A stretch of DNA of 63,425 nucleotides, filler included, from Octopus bimaculoides (lineage: Eukaryota), in assembly GCF_001194135.2 (NCBI RefSeq). It is 9 parts of 8 records of this genome, joined end to end, with 100 filler letters (N's around TTAATTAATTAA, not from the genome) between each part and the next. Parts side by side here need not be neighbours in the genome. Positions count along the whole stretch, not along the records: positions 25,112 to 42,899 come from NW_026299678.1; 8 more parts are not named here. One strand, given 5' to 3'. Both the position numbers and the translations under genes were made by a program. A model generated the notes under the pieces. The model had not been told where the DNA came from, did no database searches, and saw nothing but the letters and a program-made list of their open reading frames with translations. The first letter of the stretch is position 1; every line of letters begins with the position of its first letter. Of this stretch, positions 26,790-37,697 are shown in pieces.

Positions 26790-27104
26790 TTGTGGGATAC
26801 AGGAGATTTGTGTGGTGCCTAGGAATTGTGGGATACAGGAGATTTGTGTGGTGCCTAGGAATTGTGGGGCATGTACAAAATTTGTTGGGTTGGTTGGTGG
26901 GATGCAAGGGGCTGATAACTATGATGTGGTTTAGAGCTTCAGGAGGTGGGGGCGGGGTTTTTTGGTGGGAGGGCAGTTAATGTTTTTTAGTTGAGATGTG
27001 TGGGAATTGTGCTGCAGCATTTGTGGTGGGATTGTGTAGGTGGAAGAAGGAGTGGGAGAGGAATTGTTTTGTGGGGTGGTGGGCACTATATCACAACCAC
27101 CGTT
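26790..27104 (-). repeat. Right arm of inverted repeat flanking the Sec7 exon
   Basis: Reverse complement of 25641-25916. Inner end is ~100 nt from the exon acceptor. Confidence 0.9.
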
Positions 27105-27214
27105 TTCAATACTTGCATGGGTCAGATAAGGTTTATCAAGGCAGATTCTTTTGCAGCTGGCTGCTCTTCTTGTTGCCAACCTTTATCTGTTTTCAACTAA
27201 GGTAATATTTCCCT

Positions 27215-27594
27215 GTGGAGGCGCAATGGCCCAGTGGTTAGGGCAGCAACTCGTGGTCATAGGATCGCAGTTTCGATTCCAAGACCGGGCGTTGTGAGTG
27301 TTTATTGAGCGAAAACACCTAAAGCTCCACGAGGCTCCGACAGGGGATGGTGGAGAACCCTGCTGTACTCTTCCACCACAACTTTCTCTCACTCTTTCTT
27401 CCTGTTTCTGTTGTGCCTGTAATTCAAAGGGTCAGCCTTGTCACACTGTGTCACGCTGAATATCCCCGAGAACTACATTAAGGGTACACGTGTCTGTGGA
27501 GTGCTCAGCCACTTGCACGTTAATTTCACGAGCAGGCTGTTCCGTTGATCGGATCAACTGGAACACTCGACGTCGTAAGCGACGGAGTGCCAAC
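27215..27594 (+). mobile_element. Full-length ~380-bp tRNA-derived SINE (family A) with 12-bp target-site duplication
   Basis: Head ggaggcgcaatggcccagtggttag (A box) and gtttcgattcc (B box). TSD taatatttccct at 27203-27214 and 27595-27606. Confidence 0.9.
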
Positions 27595-27884
27595 TAATAT
27601 TTCCCTAGGGCCAGTGGTTTACCTCAAGCAGTGTTGGGAGGACAAATACAAACCCAAAGAGATACATACATACACAAGACACATAACCGAGGCACTGTGT
27701 GGTAGGATTGAACTCAAAATCACATGGTTGTAAACCAAACCTCTTAAGCACACAGCCATGTTTTTCTTTCCCTGCTTGAACGAATCAGAATGAGGGTTCT
27801 TTAGGGTAAAGCCCTCTATGGCCAAATGCCCTCATCACTCTTGTTGTGCCCAATCCTTTCGCAGCCTCGAAATAACTCTCAGGC

Positions 27885-28128
27885 ACAGACATCGCTGTGT
27901 GGTATGATGTTTGCTTTGTAACCACATGGTTCTGGGTTCAATCCCACCGTGTGGCACCTTGGGCAAATGTCTTCTATTATAGCTTCGGGCTGACCAAAGC
28001 CTTGAGAGTGGATTTGGTAGACGGAAACTGAAAGAAGCCCAACCACATGGTTCCAGGTTCAGTCCCACTACGTGGCACTTTGGGCAAGCCTTGTGAGTGG
28101 ATTTGGTAGACGGAAACTGAAAGAAGCC

Positions 28129-28176
<48 letters not shown>

Positions 28177-28320
28177 CAAGTAGATTGCTTCCCAACCACA
28201 TGGTTCCGGGTTCAGTCCCACTGCATGACACCTTGGGCAAATGTGTTCTACTACATCCCCATATTGGTCAGAGCCTTGTCAGTAATGTGGCAGATGGAAA
28301 CTGAAAGAAGCCCAACATAT
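27885..28320 (+). mobile_element. Three head-to-tail 5' halves of a CORE-type SINE (family B)
   Basis: Repeated aaccacatggttc..gggttcagtccca..ggcaccttgggcaa..agtggatttggtagacggaaactgaaagaagcc. Confidence 0.8.
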
Positions 28321-28585
28321 ATACATCTATGTATTATATATCTTCAATTTGCTTCAGCCATACTGGAGCATCACTTTGAAATTTTAGTCAAATGAATTGA
28401 CCCCAAAACTTATTTCTTAAATCCTGGTACTTATTTTATCAATCTCTCATGCTGAACCGCTAAGTTATAGGGATATAAACACATCAACACCAACTTCATG
28501 TGACAGTCCCCTGAAGGGTATAATACTACTGTTGATTAGCCCTAGGAAGCTGCACCACTTCCTGTCGGCCCTGACACATTTCCTG

Positions 28586-28728
28586 TGTCCTTATGTTTAC
28601 AAGAGAGAGACAAGCACCTCCACCCAGCTAAGCCTGCATCCAGAGACAGGTTTCTGAGTCTTTGCTCGTCATCAGTCTGGAGTAGCATGGGTGGAGGTGC
28701 TTGTCTCCCCCTTGTAAACATAAGGACA
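28586..28728 (-). ncRNA. Type I hammerhead ribozyme at the tip of a 41-bp hairpin
   Basis: Arms 28586-28626 and 28688-28728 (39/41 complementary; both differences are G-U on the minus strand). Apex UCCAGA-CUGAUGA-C-GAG-CAAAGA-CUC-A-GAAA-C-CU-GUC/UCUGGA. Confidence 0.75.
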
Positions 28729-29539
28729 TATTATCATTACTATTTTTATTATTATTATTATTATTATTACTATTATAATTACTATTATTATTATTACTAT
28801 TATAATTACTATTATTATTATTACTATTATTATTACTATTATAATTACTANNNNNNNNNNNNNNNNNNNNNNNNNNNNNNNNNNNNNNNNNNNNNNNNNN
28901 NNNNNNNNNNNNNNNNNNNNNNNNNNNNNNNNNNNNNNNNNNNNNNNNNNNNNNNNNNNNNNNNNNNNNNNNNNNNNNNNNNNNNNNNNNNNNNNNNNNN
29001 NNNNNNNNNNNNNNNNNNNNNNNNNNNNNNNNNNNNNNNNNNNNNNNNNNNNNNNNNNNNNNNNNNNNNNNNNNNNNNNNNNNNNNNNNNNNNNNNNNNN
29101 NNNNNNNNNNNNNNNNNNNNNNNNNNNNNNNNNNNNNNNNNNNNNNNNNNNNNNNNNNNNNNNNNNNNNNNNNNNNNNNNNNNNNNNNNNNNNNNNNNNN
29201 NNNNNNNNNNNNNNNNNNNNNNNNNNNNNNNNNNNNNNNNNNNNNNNNNNNNNNNNNNNNNNNNNNNNNNNNNNNNNNNNNNNNNNNNNNNNNNNNNNNN
29301 NNNNNNNNNNNNNNNNNNNNNNNNNNNNNNNNNNNNNNNNNNNNNNNNNNNNNNNNNNNNNNNNNNNNNNNNNNNNNNNNNNNNNNNNNNNNNNNNNNNN
29401 NNNNNNNNNNNNNNNNNNNNNNNNNNNNNNNNNNNNNNNNNNNNNNNNNNNNNNNNNNNNNNNNNNNNNNNNNNNNNNNNNNNNNNNNNNNNNNNNNNGA
29501 AGCTGATGAGGAAAATGTAGGAATGTTGAAGGAAAGATA

Positions 29540-30160
29540 ATAGTGCAGGGATGAAGGAGTAGTTTGGTAGTAGCTGTGGTAGTGGTGGTGGTGGTGGTAG
29601 TTGTAATGATTGTAGTGGTGGTGGTGGTAGTAGTGGTAATAGTGATGGCTGTAGAGGTGGTGGTAGTGGTGGTGGTTGTAGTAGTAGTAGTAGTGGTGGT
29701 AGTGATTTTGGTGGTGATTGTGGAAGTAGTGGTAGTAGTAATGATTGTAGTGGTAGTAGTAGTAGTAGTGGCGGTGATAATAGTGGCGGTGGTGGTGGTA
29801 GTAGCAGTGGTTTTGGTGGTGGTTGTGGTAGTGGTTGCGAAGGTAGTAGTAGTTGAAGTGGTAGCGGTGATGGTGGTAGGAGTAGTAGTAGTAGAAGTAG
29901 TAGTAGTAGTAGAAGAAGCAAAAGTGATGTAGTAGAAGCTGCAGTAGTGGCGTTGTGAAGCTGCGAGGTTGTAGTAAGAACAACAGCGGTGGTAGTAGTA
30001 GTAGTAGCAACAGCTGTATTGGAGCAACGCATTAACAGCTGTGGTGGCGGGGGTGGCGCACCGGTATTGTAGCGCCATCGACAAACAGCTGCAGCAACAG
30101 TAGTGCTACAACACACCACCACCGCCTCCACGACCTGCGGTAGCAGCAGCAGTAGTTGTT
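29540..30160. repeat. Mixed (GTA/GTG/GGT)n triplet low-complexity tract
   Basis: Degenerate triplet repeats. All three minus frames are open only because that strand lacks stop codons. Confidence 0.8.
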
Positions 30161-30347
30161 GTAGAGACATGACATAGCTATCAAAAGAAAAACTGCAGCA
30201 ACAGAATGAGTCATGGAAGAGAGAGAGAGAGGGGGGGGAGAGACGGAGAGAGTTTGTGAGTGTGTGAGAGAAAGAGAAACAAAGAAAGACAGTTTGTGAG
30301 AAAGAGACAAGGTGAATGGAAAACATACCGACTTATAATGTATCAAT

Positions 30348-30397
<50 letters not shown>

Positions 30398-30501
30398 TAT
30401 ATACACATATATAAATCACCATTATTGTTTAACGTCCGTTGTGCATGCTGGCATCACATACAAAATCTGTGTGTATCTCTCTATTAATCTATCAATCTAT
30501 C

Positions 30502-30539
<38 letters not shown>

Positions 30540-30917
30540 AGTGAAAGCTGTATTTGACAATGAAAGGAAAGAATAGAGAAACGTCAGCCAAGTTTTAGCC
30601 AGTCGATATATCCATCCGAACGTACAGGTACACACACACACAGATAGGCAGATAGATATACATACATAGACATAGATATAGATATAGATAGAGAGACAGA
30701 TAGAGGTAGGTACGTAGATAGATAGATAGATAGACAGACAGATAGATGGATAGATAGATATAGATAGACAGAGAGACAGACAGACAGACAGATAGATAGA
30801 TAGATAGACAAAGAGATAGATATATAGATAGATAGATAGACAAAGAGATAGATAGATAGATAGATAGACAAAGAGATAGATAGATAGATAGGTAGGTAGG
30901 TAGAAAGGTAGGTGGGC

Positions 30918-30962
<45 letters not shown>

Positions 30963-31466
30963 TCTATTTAGATAGACGAAGACAGACAGACAGAGGTAGG
31001 CACAGTACCCCCCGCCCCCGCTTCCTCACCCCAATATTTCTCTGTAAGCCTCATCTCCGCTGTTCCTCTGAAAGATACCGATTGAGCCATCACCAAGATA
31101 ATGTGGCTGCCGATGGCGGGCGAGGGGGGCGGGGGTGGAAAGTCGTTCTGTACAAGGCTGCACATGATGAACAAACATTAATAATCCATACCGAAACATA
31201 TATACATACATACATATACCTACATATATATATTAATAAATTATACACACACACACAGACACACAAACATTTTATACACACACACACACACAGACACACA
31301 GACAGCGGGTATATACGCAGACGTCATCTATACACATTATTATACATTATCAGTATGTCTGTTTGTCTGACAAATAAACTACATATCTTAACACACTAAT
31401 TGCTGCCGACCATTAATTAGGGTTTGAAGAGACGCTGCAAAGCGAAGCGCTTTCTGGACGCGAAAC

Positions 31467-31502
<36 letters not shown>

Positions 31503-31503
<1 letters not shown>

Positions 31504-31886
31504 CTCTTTTACTTGTGTCAGTCATTTGACTGTGGCCAAGCTACAGCACCGCCTTTAAGTCGAGCAAATCGACCCCAGGACTTATTCTTTGTAAGCCTAG
31601 TACTTATTCTATCGGACCCCTTTTGCCGAACCGCTAGATTACGGGGACGTAAACACACCAGCATGTTGGGGGAACAAACAAAGACACACAAACATACATA
31701 TGTATATATGTATATATACATATATACGACGGGCTTCTTTCAGTTTCCGTCTACCAAATCCACTCACAAGGCTTTGGTCGACCCGAGGCGAGAGTAGAAG
31801 ACACTTGCCCAAGATGCTACGCAGTGGGACTGAACCCAGAACCATGTGGTTCATAAGCAAGCTACTTACCACACAGCCACTCCTAT
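31503..31886 (-). mobile_element. Near full-length CORE-type SINE (family B). Other copies or fragments at 28340-28500, 40270-40480, 52925-53153, 55240-55950, 56990-57140, 60655-61030, 61900-62065
   Basis: Head ggagtggctgtgtggtaagtag..gggttcagtcccactgcg; CORE-like cttgggcaagtgtctt; tail cagtcaaatgac..aagtaaaagag. Confidence 0.85.
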
Positions 31887-31899
31887 AATTTACACCCTC

Positions 31900-32107
31900 G
31901 GTTGCGGCGACGAAGGTTCCAGTTGATCCGATCAACGGAACAGCCTGTTCGTGAGATTAACTTGCAAGTGGCTGAGCACTCCACAGACACGTGTACCCTT
32001 AACGTAGTTCTCGGGGATATTCAGCGTGACACAGAGTGTGACAAGGCTGACCCTTTGAATTACAGGCACAACAGAAACAGGAAGTAAGAGTGAGAGAAAG
32101 TTGTGGT
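31900..32107 (-). mobile_element. 3' half of SINE family A
   Basis: Reverse complement matches 27380-27590. Confidence 0.85.
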
Positions 32108-32544
32108 ATAGAGGTATCACCCTTAGCATCTATTGAGTGTTGGGCCTCACGGAGGCAACGTGGCCGGTGCCGGTGCGTCGCATAACTAGCACCTGTGCCA
32201 GTGGCATGTAAAAAGCACTTTTCAAGCATTGGGCCTCGCGGGGCCAATGACAAATGACCGAAACGTCCGGCAATATGCTGTGCTTTCAGTAGAAGACCCA
32301 TCAAGCCAAGTGAATTCAAGTTGTGGCAGACACAGGTGTCACACGACTGGTACCCGTGCTGGTGGCATGCAAAAGCACCCGTTATACTCTTGGAGTGGTT
32401 GGCGTTAGGAAGAGCATCCAGCTGTAGAAACTGTGCCAAATCAGACTGGAGCTCCCCAGCTTGTCAGCTCTTGGTCAAGCGGCCCAACCCATGCCAGCAT
32501 GGACAATGGAAGCTAAAATGGGGTTGATGATGATGATGATTATG

Positions 32545-32727
32545 AAAGGTAATGCTTATATTCACATTGTTTTGAATTAATCTTGCATTATCTCATAGCT
32601 TAAAGATTTCGATGATGTTGTTGCTTATATTTAGAATGACATTGAAGGGTAGGTGTGAGAGGCTGGATCTGGCCAATTTGAAGATAAAACTGGAAGAATG
32701 TTTGGGCCAGATTAAATGCTGAAGGGA
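32545..32727 (+). mobile_element. Non-autonomous DNA-element fragment; inverted relative at 33870-34157
   Basis: Shared tagaatgacattg(a/t)ag, aggctggatc and gaa(g/c)ataaaa segments in opposite orientations. The second copy ends in ggttaa. Confidence 0.55.
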
Positions 32728-33088
32728 TATATATGACATCATCATCATCATCCTTTAGTGTCTGCCTTCCATGCTGGCATGGGTTGGACAGGAGCTGACC
32801 AGGCAGAAGCCTGCACCACACTTCTGTGACTGTTTTGGCAGGGTTTTTACAGCTGGATGCCCTTCCTAATACTGACCACCCAGCAGAGTGGACTTAGTAC
32901 GTTTTACCTGGCAAAAGCACAGTCGAGGTCAGTTTTGGCAAGGTTTTTACAGCTGGATGCCCTTTCAAACGCCAACCACTTTACAGTGTGGACTCGGTGC
33001 TTTTTATGTGGCACCTGCACTATGGTAACTATTTATTTTTTCCGTGTTATTTGTAAACATTGAAAAAATATACATACATTTATATATA

Positions 33089-33215
33089 CAGGGTGTCCAC
33101 AAAGTCTGGGTACATGGGGATTAACACATACTTTAAGGAATTATTATTTTTTATATTTAATTGTTTATGTTATGATTTTATTTCCTTCATGTACCCAGAC
33201 CTTGTGGACACCTTG
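33089..33215. mobile_element. 127-bp Tc1/mariner-type MITE
   Basis: 28-bp TIR cagggtgtccacaaagtctgggtacatg / catgtacccagaccttgtggacaccttg (2 mismatches), preceded by TA. Confidence 0.8.
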
Positions 33216-33815
33216 TTTATTTATATATATATATATNNNNNNNNNNNNNNNNNNNNNNNNNNNNNNNNNNNNNNNNNNNNNNNNNNNNNNNNNNNNNNNN
33301 NNNNNNNNNNNNNNNNNNNNNNNNNNNNNNNNNNNNNNNNNNNNNNNNNNNNNNNNNNNNNNNNNNNNNNNNNNNNNNNNNNNNNNNNNNNNNNNNNNNN
33401 NNNNNNNNNNNNNNNNNNNNNNNNNNNNNNNNNNNNNNNNNNNNNNNNNNNNNNNNNNNNNNNNNNNNNNNNNNNNNNNNNNNNNNNNNNNNNNNNNNNN
33501 NNNNNNNNNNNNNNNNNNNNNNNNNNNNNNNNNNNNNNNNNNNNNNNNNNNNNNNNNNNNNNNNNNNNNNNNNNNNNNNNNNNNNNNNNNNNNNNNNNNN
33601 NNNNNNNNNNNNNNNNNNNNNNNNNNNNNNNNNNNNNNNNNNNNNNNNNNNNNNNNNNNNNNNNNNNNNNNNNNNNNNNNNNNNNNNNNNNNNNNNNNNN
33701 NNNNNNNNNNNNNNNNNNNNNNNNNNNNNNNNNNNNNNNNNNNNNNNNNNNNNNNNNNNNNNNNNNNNNNNNNNNNNNNNNNNNNNNNNNNNNNNNNNNN
33801 NNNNNNNNNNNNNNN

Positions 33816-33856
<41 letters not shown>

Positions 33857-34486
33857 TATCCGTTTTGGTTTTTAAATTGACCGTAGCCAAAATATTCTTT
33901 CTCTTCTATGTTCAGGTTGACAAGATCTGACCATAATCCCATGCGATAGGACACTCTGTACAATGATATACACTTCAACTTCCTCACAGTTTCTACTCTA
34001 GAATGTCATTCTAAAAATAAAGTCATGTCATTGCAATCTCAATGCTTTCAGGATAATGCCTGATTAATCTAAAACAATGAGAACAGATAGATATTACCGT
34101 TTGATAACTGACCAAGTTATTAAGTTTGGCTGAGTAACCTGGACACTCAGAGGTTAAACATTGCATATTCCTTTGCGGCAGTACCCCCCCCCCCCCAATC
34201 TACAGCAAGACCCCTGTTTCTGTTTCCCTCTGTCTCGCTTTATAATCATTCATCTGACTCAAAACACACACACACACGCAGAGATCCAAATGCACATACA
34301 CACGCACAATGCCGTGGTGACTAACTCGGCAAATATGTGAACATCACAAGAACAACAACAGCGACTGCAGTCGTTGCACTCACTGCACCAGCTGAGTTGT
34401 CAAACAACTGATGCACACTGACTGTTGCAGATGCAGAATAGTGCAGCTGGCACCACCACCACCACCACCACCACTGTGCAACACTG

Positions 34487-34741
34487 AGTCCTGATCCAGA
34501 CAGACCTATGACCAAAGACGTTCCAACTGTGACCATCCCATCTTTTATTCAGGCATAGTGTATCTAGGACTACATTATCTAATGTATAGTATAGGAGTTA
34601 GTATTAATAGCTATAGTTTTAGCCCCAGGTCAGTCCTGATCCAGACAGACCTATGACCAAATACGTTCCAACTGTGACCATCCCATCTTTTATTCAGGCA
34701 TAGTGTATCTAGGACTACATTATCTAATGTATAGTATAGGA
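34487..34741. repeat. 145-bp tandem duplication of a SINE-like fragment, abutting a gap
   Basis: agtcctgatccagacagacctatgacc at 34487 and 34632. Confidence 0.75.
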
Positions 34742-35789
34742 NNNNNNNNNNNNNNNNNNNNNNNNNNNNNNNNNNNNNNNNNNNNNNNNNNNNNNNNNNN
34801 NNNNNNNNNNNNNNNNNNNNNNNNNNNNNNNNNNNNNNNNNNNNNNNNNNNNNNNNNNNNNNNNNNNNNNNNNNNNNNNNNNNNNNNNNNNNNNNNNNNN
34901 NNNNNNNNNNNNNNNNNNNNNNNNNNNNNNNNNNNNNNNNNNNNNNNNNNNNNNNNNNNNNNNNNNNNNNNNNNNNNNNNNNNNNNNNNNNNNNNNNNNN
35001 NNNNNNNNNNNNNNNNNNNNNNNNNNNNNNNNNNNNNNNNNNNNNNNNNNNNNNNNNNNNNNNNNNNNNNNNNNNNNNNNNNNNNNNNNNNNNNNNNNNN
35101 NNNNNNNNNNNNNNNNNNNNNNNNNNNNNNNNNNNNNNNNNNNNNNNNNNNNNNNNNNNNNNNNNNNNNNNNNNNNNNNNNNNNNNNNNNNNNNNNNNNN
35201 NNNNNNNNNNNNNNNNNNNNNNNNNNNNNNNNNNNNNNNNNNNNNNNNNNNNNNNNNNNNNNNNNNNNNNNNNNNNNNNNNNNNNNNNNNNNNNNNNNNN
35301 NNNNNNNNNNNNNNNNNNNNNNNNNNNNNNNNNNNNNNNNNNNNNNNNNNNNNNNNNNNNNNNNNNNNNNNNNNNNNNNNNNNNNNNNNNNNNNNNNNNN
35401 NNNNNNNNNNNNNNNNNNNNNNNNNNNNNNNNNNNNNNNNNNNNNNNNNNNNNNNNNNNNNNNNNNNNNNNNNNNNNNNNNNNNNNNNNNNNNNNNNNNN
35501 NNNNNNNNNNNNNNNNNNNNNNNNNNNNNNNNNNNNNNNNNNNNNNNNNNNNNNNNNNNNNNNNNNNNNNNNNNNNNNNNNNNNNNNNNNNNNNNNNNNN
35601 NNNNNNNNNNNNNNNNNNNNNNNNNNNNNNNNNNNNNNNNNNNNNNNNNNNNNNNNNNNNNNNNNNNNNNNNNNNNNNNNNNNNNNNNNNNNNNNNNNNN
35701 NNNNNNNNGTGTGTGTATGGGTATGTAGATTGTGTAATGTGTGTGTGTGTGTGTGTGGGGGGGGATAATGTTTGCCTCTCAAACCCTCT

Positions 35790-36290
35790 TTCATGGGGCC
35801 GAACACATGATAGTCTGAAGGTGCTAAATCAGGTGAGTGTGGAGGTAGTGAAAGAGTGGCTCAAAGAACAGTCAACAGAATTTTACGGGGAAGGGATACA
35901 TGCTCTCATTCGAAGGTGGAACATTGCTACTGAGAGAATCGGTGACTCTGTTGAGAAGTAGGGATGTGATCCACAGAGGACCAGCTTCATTTTGATGCAT
36001 GATACATGTTCCTGTGGTGGTTATTATACCTGTCCTAAACAAAATGGCATTTCTTTTTCACTCACCCTCGTACATGCTCTCATTCGAAGGTGGAACGTTG
36101 CTACTGAGAGAATCGGTGACTCTGTTGAGAAGTAGGGATGTGATCCACAGAGGACCAGCTTCATTTTGATGCATGATACATGTTCCTGTGTTGGTAATTA
36201 CACCTGTCCTAAACAAAATGGCATTACTTTTTGACTCGCCCTCGTATATGCTCTCATTCGAAGGTGGAACATTGCTATTGAGAGAGACTC
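35790..36290 (+). mobile_element. mariner transposase C-terminus and right TIR, tandemly repeated in 174-bp units
   Basis: VKEWLKEQSTEFYGEGIHALIRRWNIATERIGDSVEK*; TIR cattactttttgactcgccctcgTA; unit starts at 35897, 36071, 36245. Confidence 0.85.
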
Positions 36291-37656
36291 CCCAGTGTTC
36301 AACTGGTACTTAATTTATCGACCCTGAAAGGATGAAAGACAAAGCCAACCTCAGCAGGATTTGAACTCAGAACATAGCGACAGGCGAAAAACTTAAGCAT
36401 CTTGCCTGGCGTGCGAACCACTCTGCCACCTTGCTGCCTTTAATAATAATTAATTCTTTTATTGGCCACAAGGGCAACATAAAGGTACATTAAAGGACAT
36501 GATAAAGGGTTTTAAAATGTGTAAATAAAATAACAAAAAAAAAAAAAAAAANNNNNNNNNNNNNNNNNNNNNNNNNNNNNNNNNNNNNNNNNNNTGACTC
36601 ATGGAAAACCCCACAAAAGCCATGGGCGCCTGATCAACAGGGCAAGATCCCTTCTTTACTTTCCTTTTTTTTTTTACAGGTGTATGCTCAGAATTGGTCC
36701 TTTCACACTGGCCATTCTTCCAACATTCACCCACCTTTCAACAAACTTGCTACAAGGCAACACTTCCCTCTCTCAACCCTCACTTTCCATTTCAAGTGAA
36801 ACTTGAATGAGGCCTTGGCCAAAGAGGAAAGTGTCTGACTTTAGACCTTTCAGACAAGTCCACCATACCATCTATTTTGCTATAGCCACCAGACAAATAA
36901 AAACTGCCTGCCCCTCCTGGTTAAAGGAGGCCGGTGGGGTAATCTTCACTATGGATTCAGCCGATAGCCGGATCCATCTGACACATGACAGCGGGTGATT
37001 GACCTAAACCCACAGGTCAGCAATGCTCAGGCACTGGATGAGTGCTTGCAGAATGGTTTCGTTGCTCCGAGTGCACCTCGGCCAGGCCCGGCCGATGGAA
37101 CTTCTGTGCCTGTAAAGCCTATCTCAAACAGGCAGCGCCCCTCGGTAGCACTGCTAGGCGAGGGGTTTATGATTTCAAATTTCAGCACAAGGCCAGAAAT
37201 TTCAGGACAGGAGGCAAGTGGATTAGATCGACCCCACAAGTTGATTAGATTGACCCTAGTCTTCAACTGGTACTTATTTTATCGACCCTGATGGGATGAA
37301 GGACAATGCTGACCTTGGCAGAATTTGAACTCAAAACCTAAAGCAGACAATATGCTAACCATTTTGTCCAGTGTGCCAACGATTGCGTTAGCTTGCTACC
37401 TTAAATAATAATGATTACAAATTTTTGCCACAGGGGCAGCTTGGAGGAGGGGATTGAGTTGATTATCTTGACCCCAGTGCGTAACTGGTACTTATTTGAC
37501 TCTGAAAGGATGGAAGCAAAGTCGACCTTGGCGGAATTTGAACTCAGAAAATACTGACAGATGAAATACCACCAAGCATTTCGCCTGGTGTGCTAACGAT
37601 TCTGCCAGCTCACTGCTATAATAATAATAATAATAATTGTAGTAGTAGTAGTAGTA

Positions 37657-37697
<41 letters not shown>

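Noticed and set aside
28672-30084. Mucin-like Thr-rich ORF and overlapping Pro/Leu and His/Tyr ORFs
   Set aside because: All three frames are open because the triplet repeat lacks stops on that strand. There are no convincing splice boundaries or domains, and the ORFs cross a gap.
34487-34741. 145-bp duplication as a biological satellite
   Set aside because: It abuts a ~1-kb gap, and near-identical gap-edge duplications are commonly assembly artefacts.
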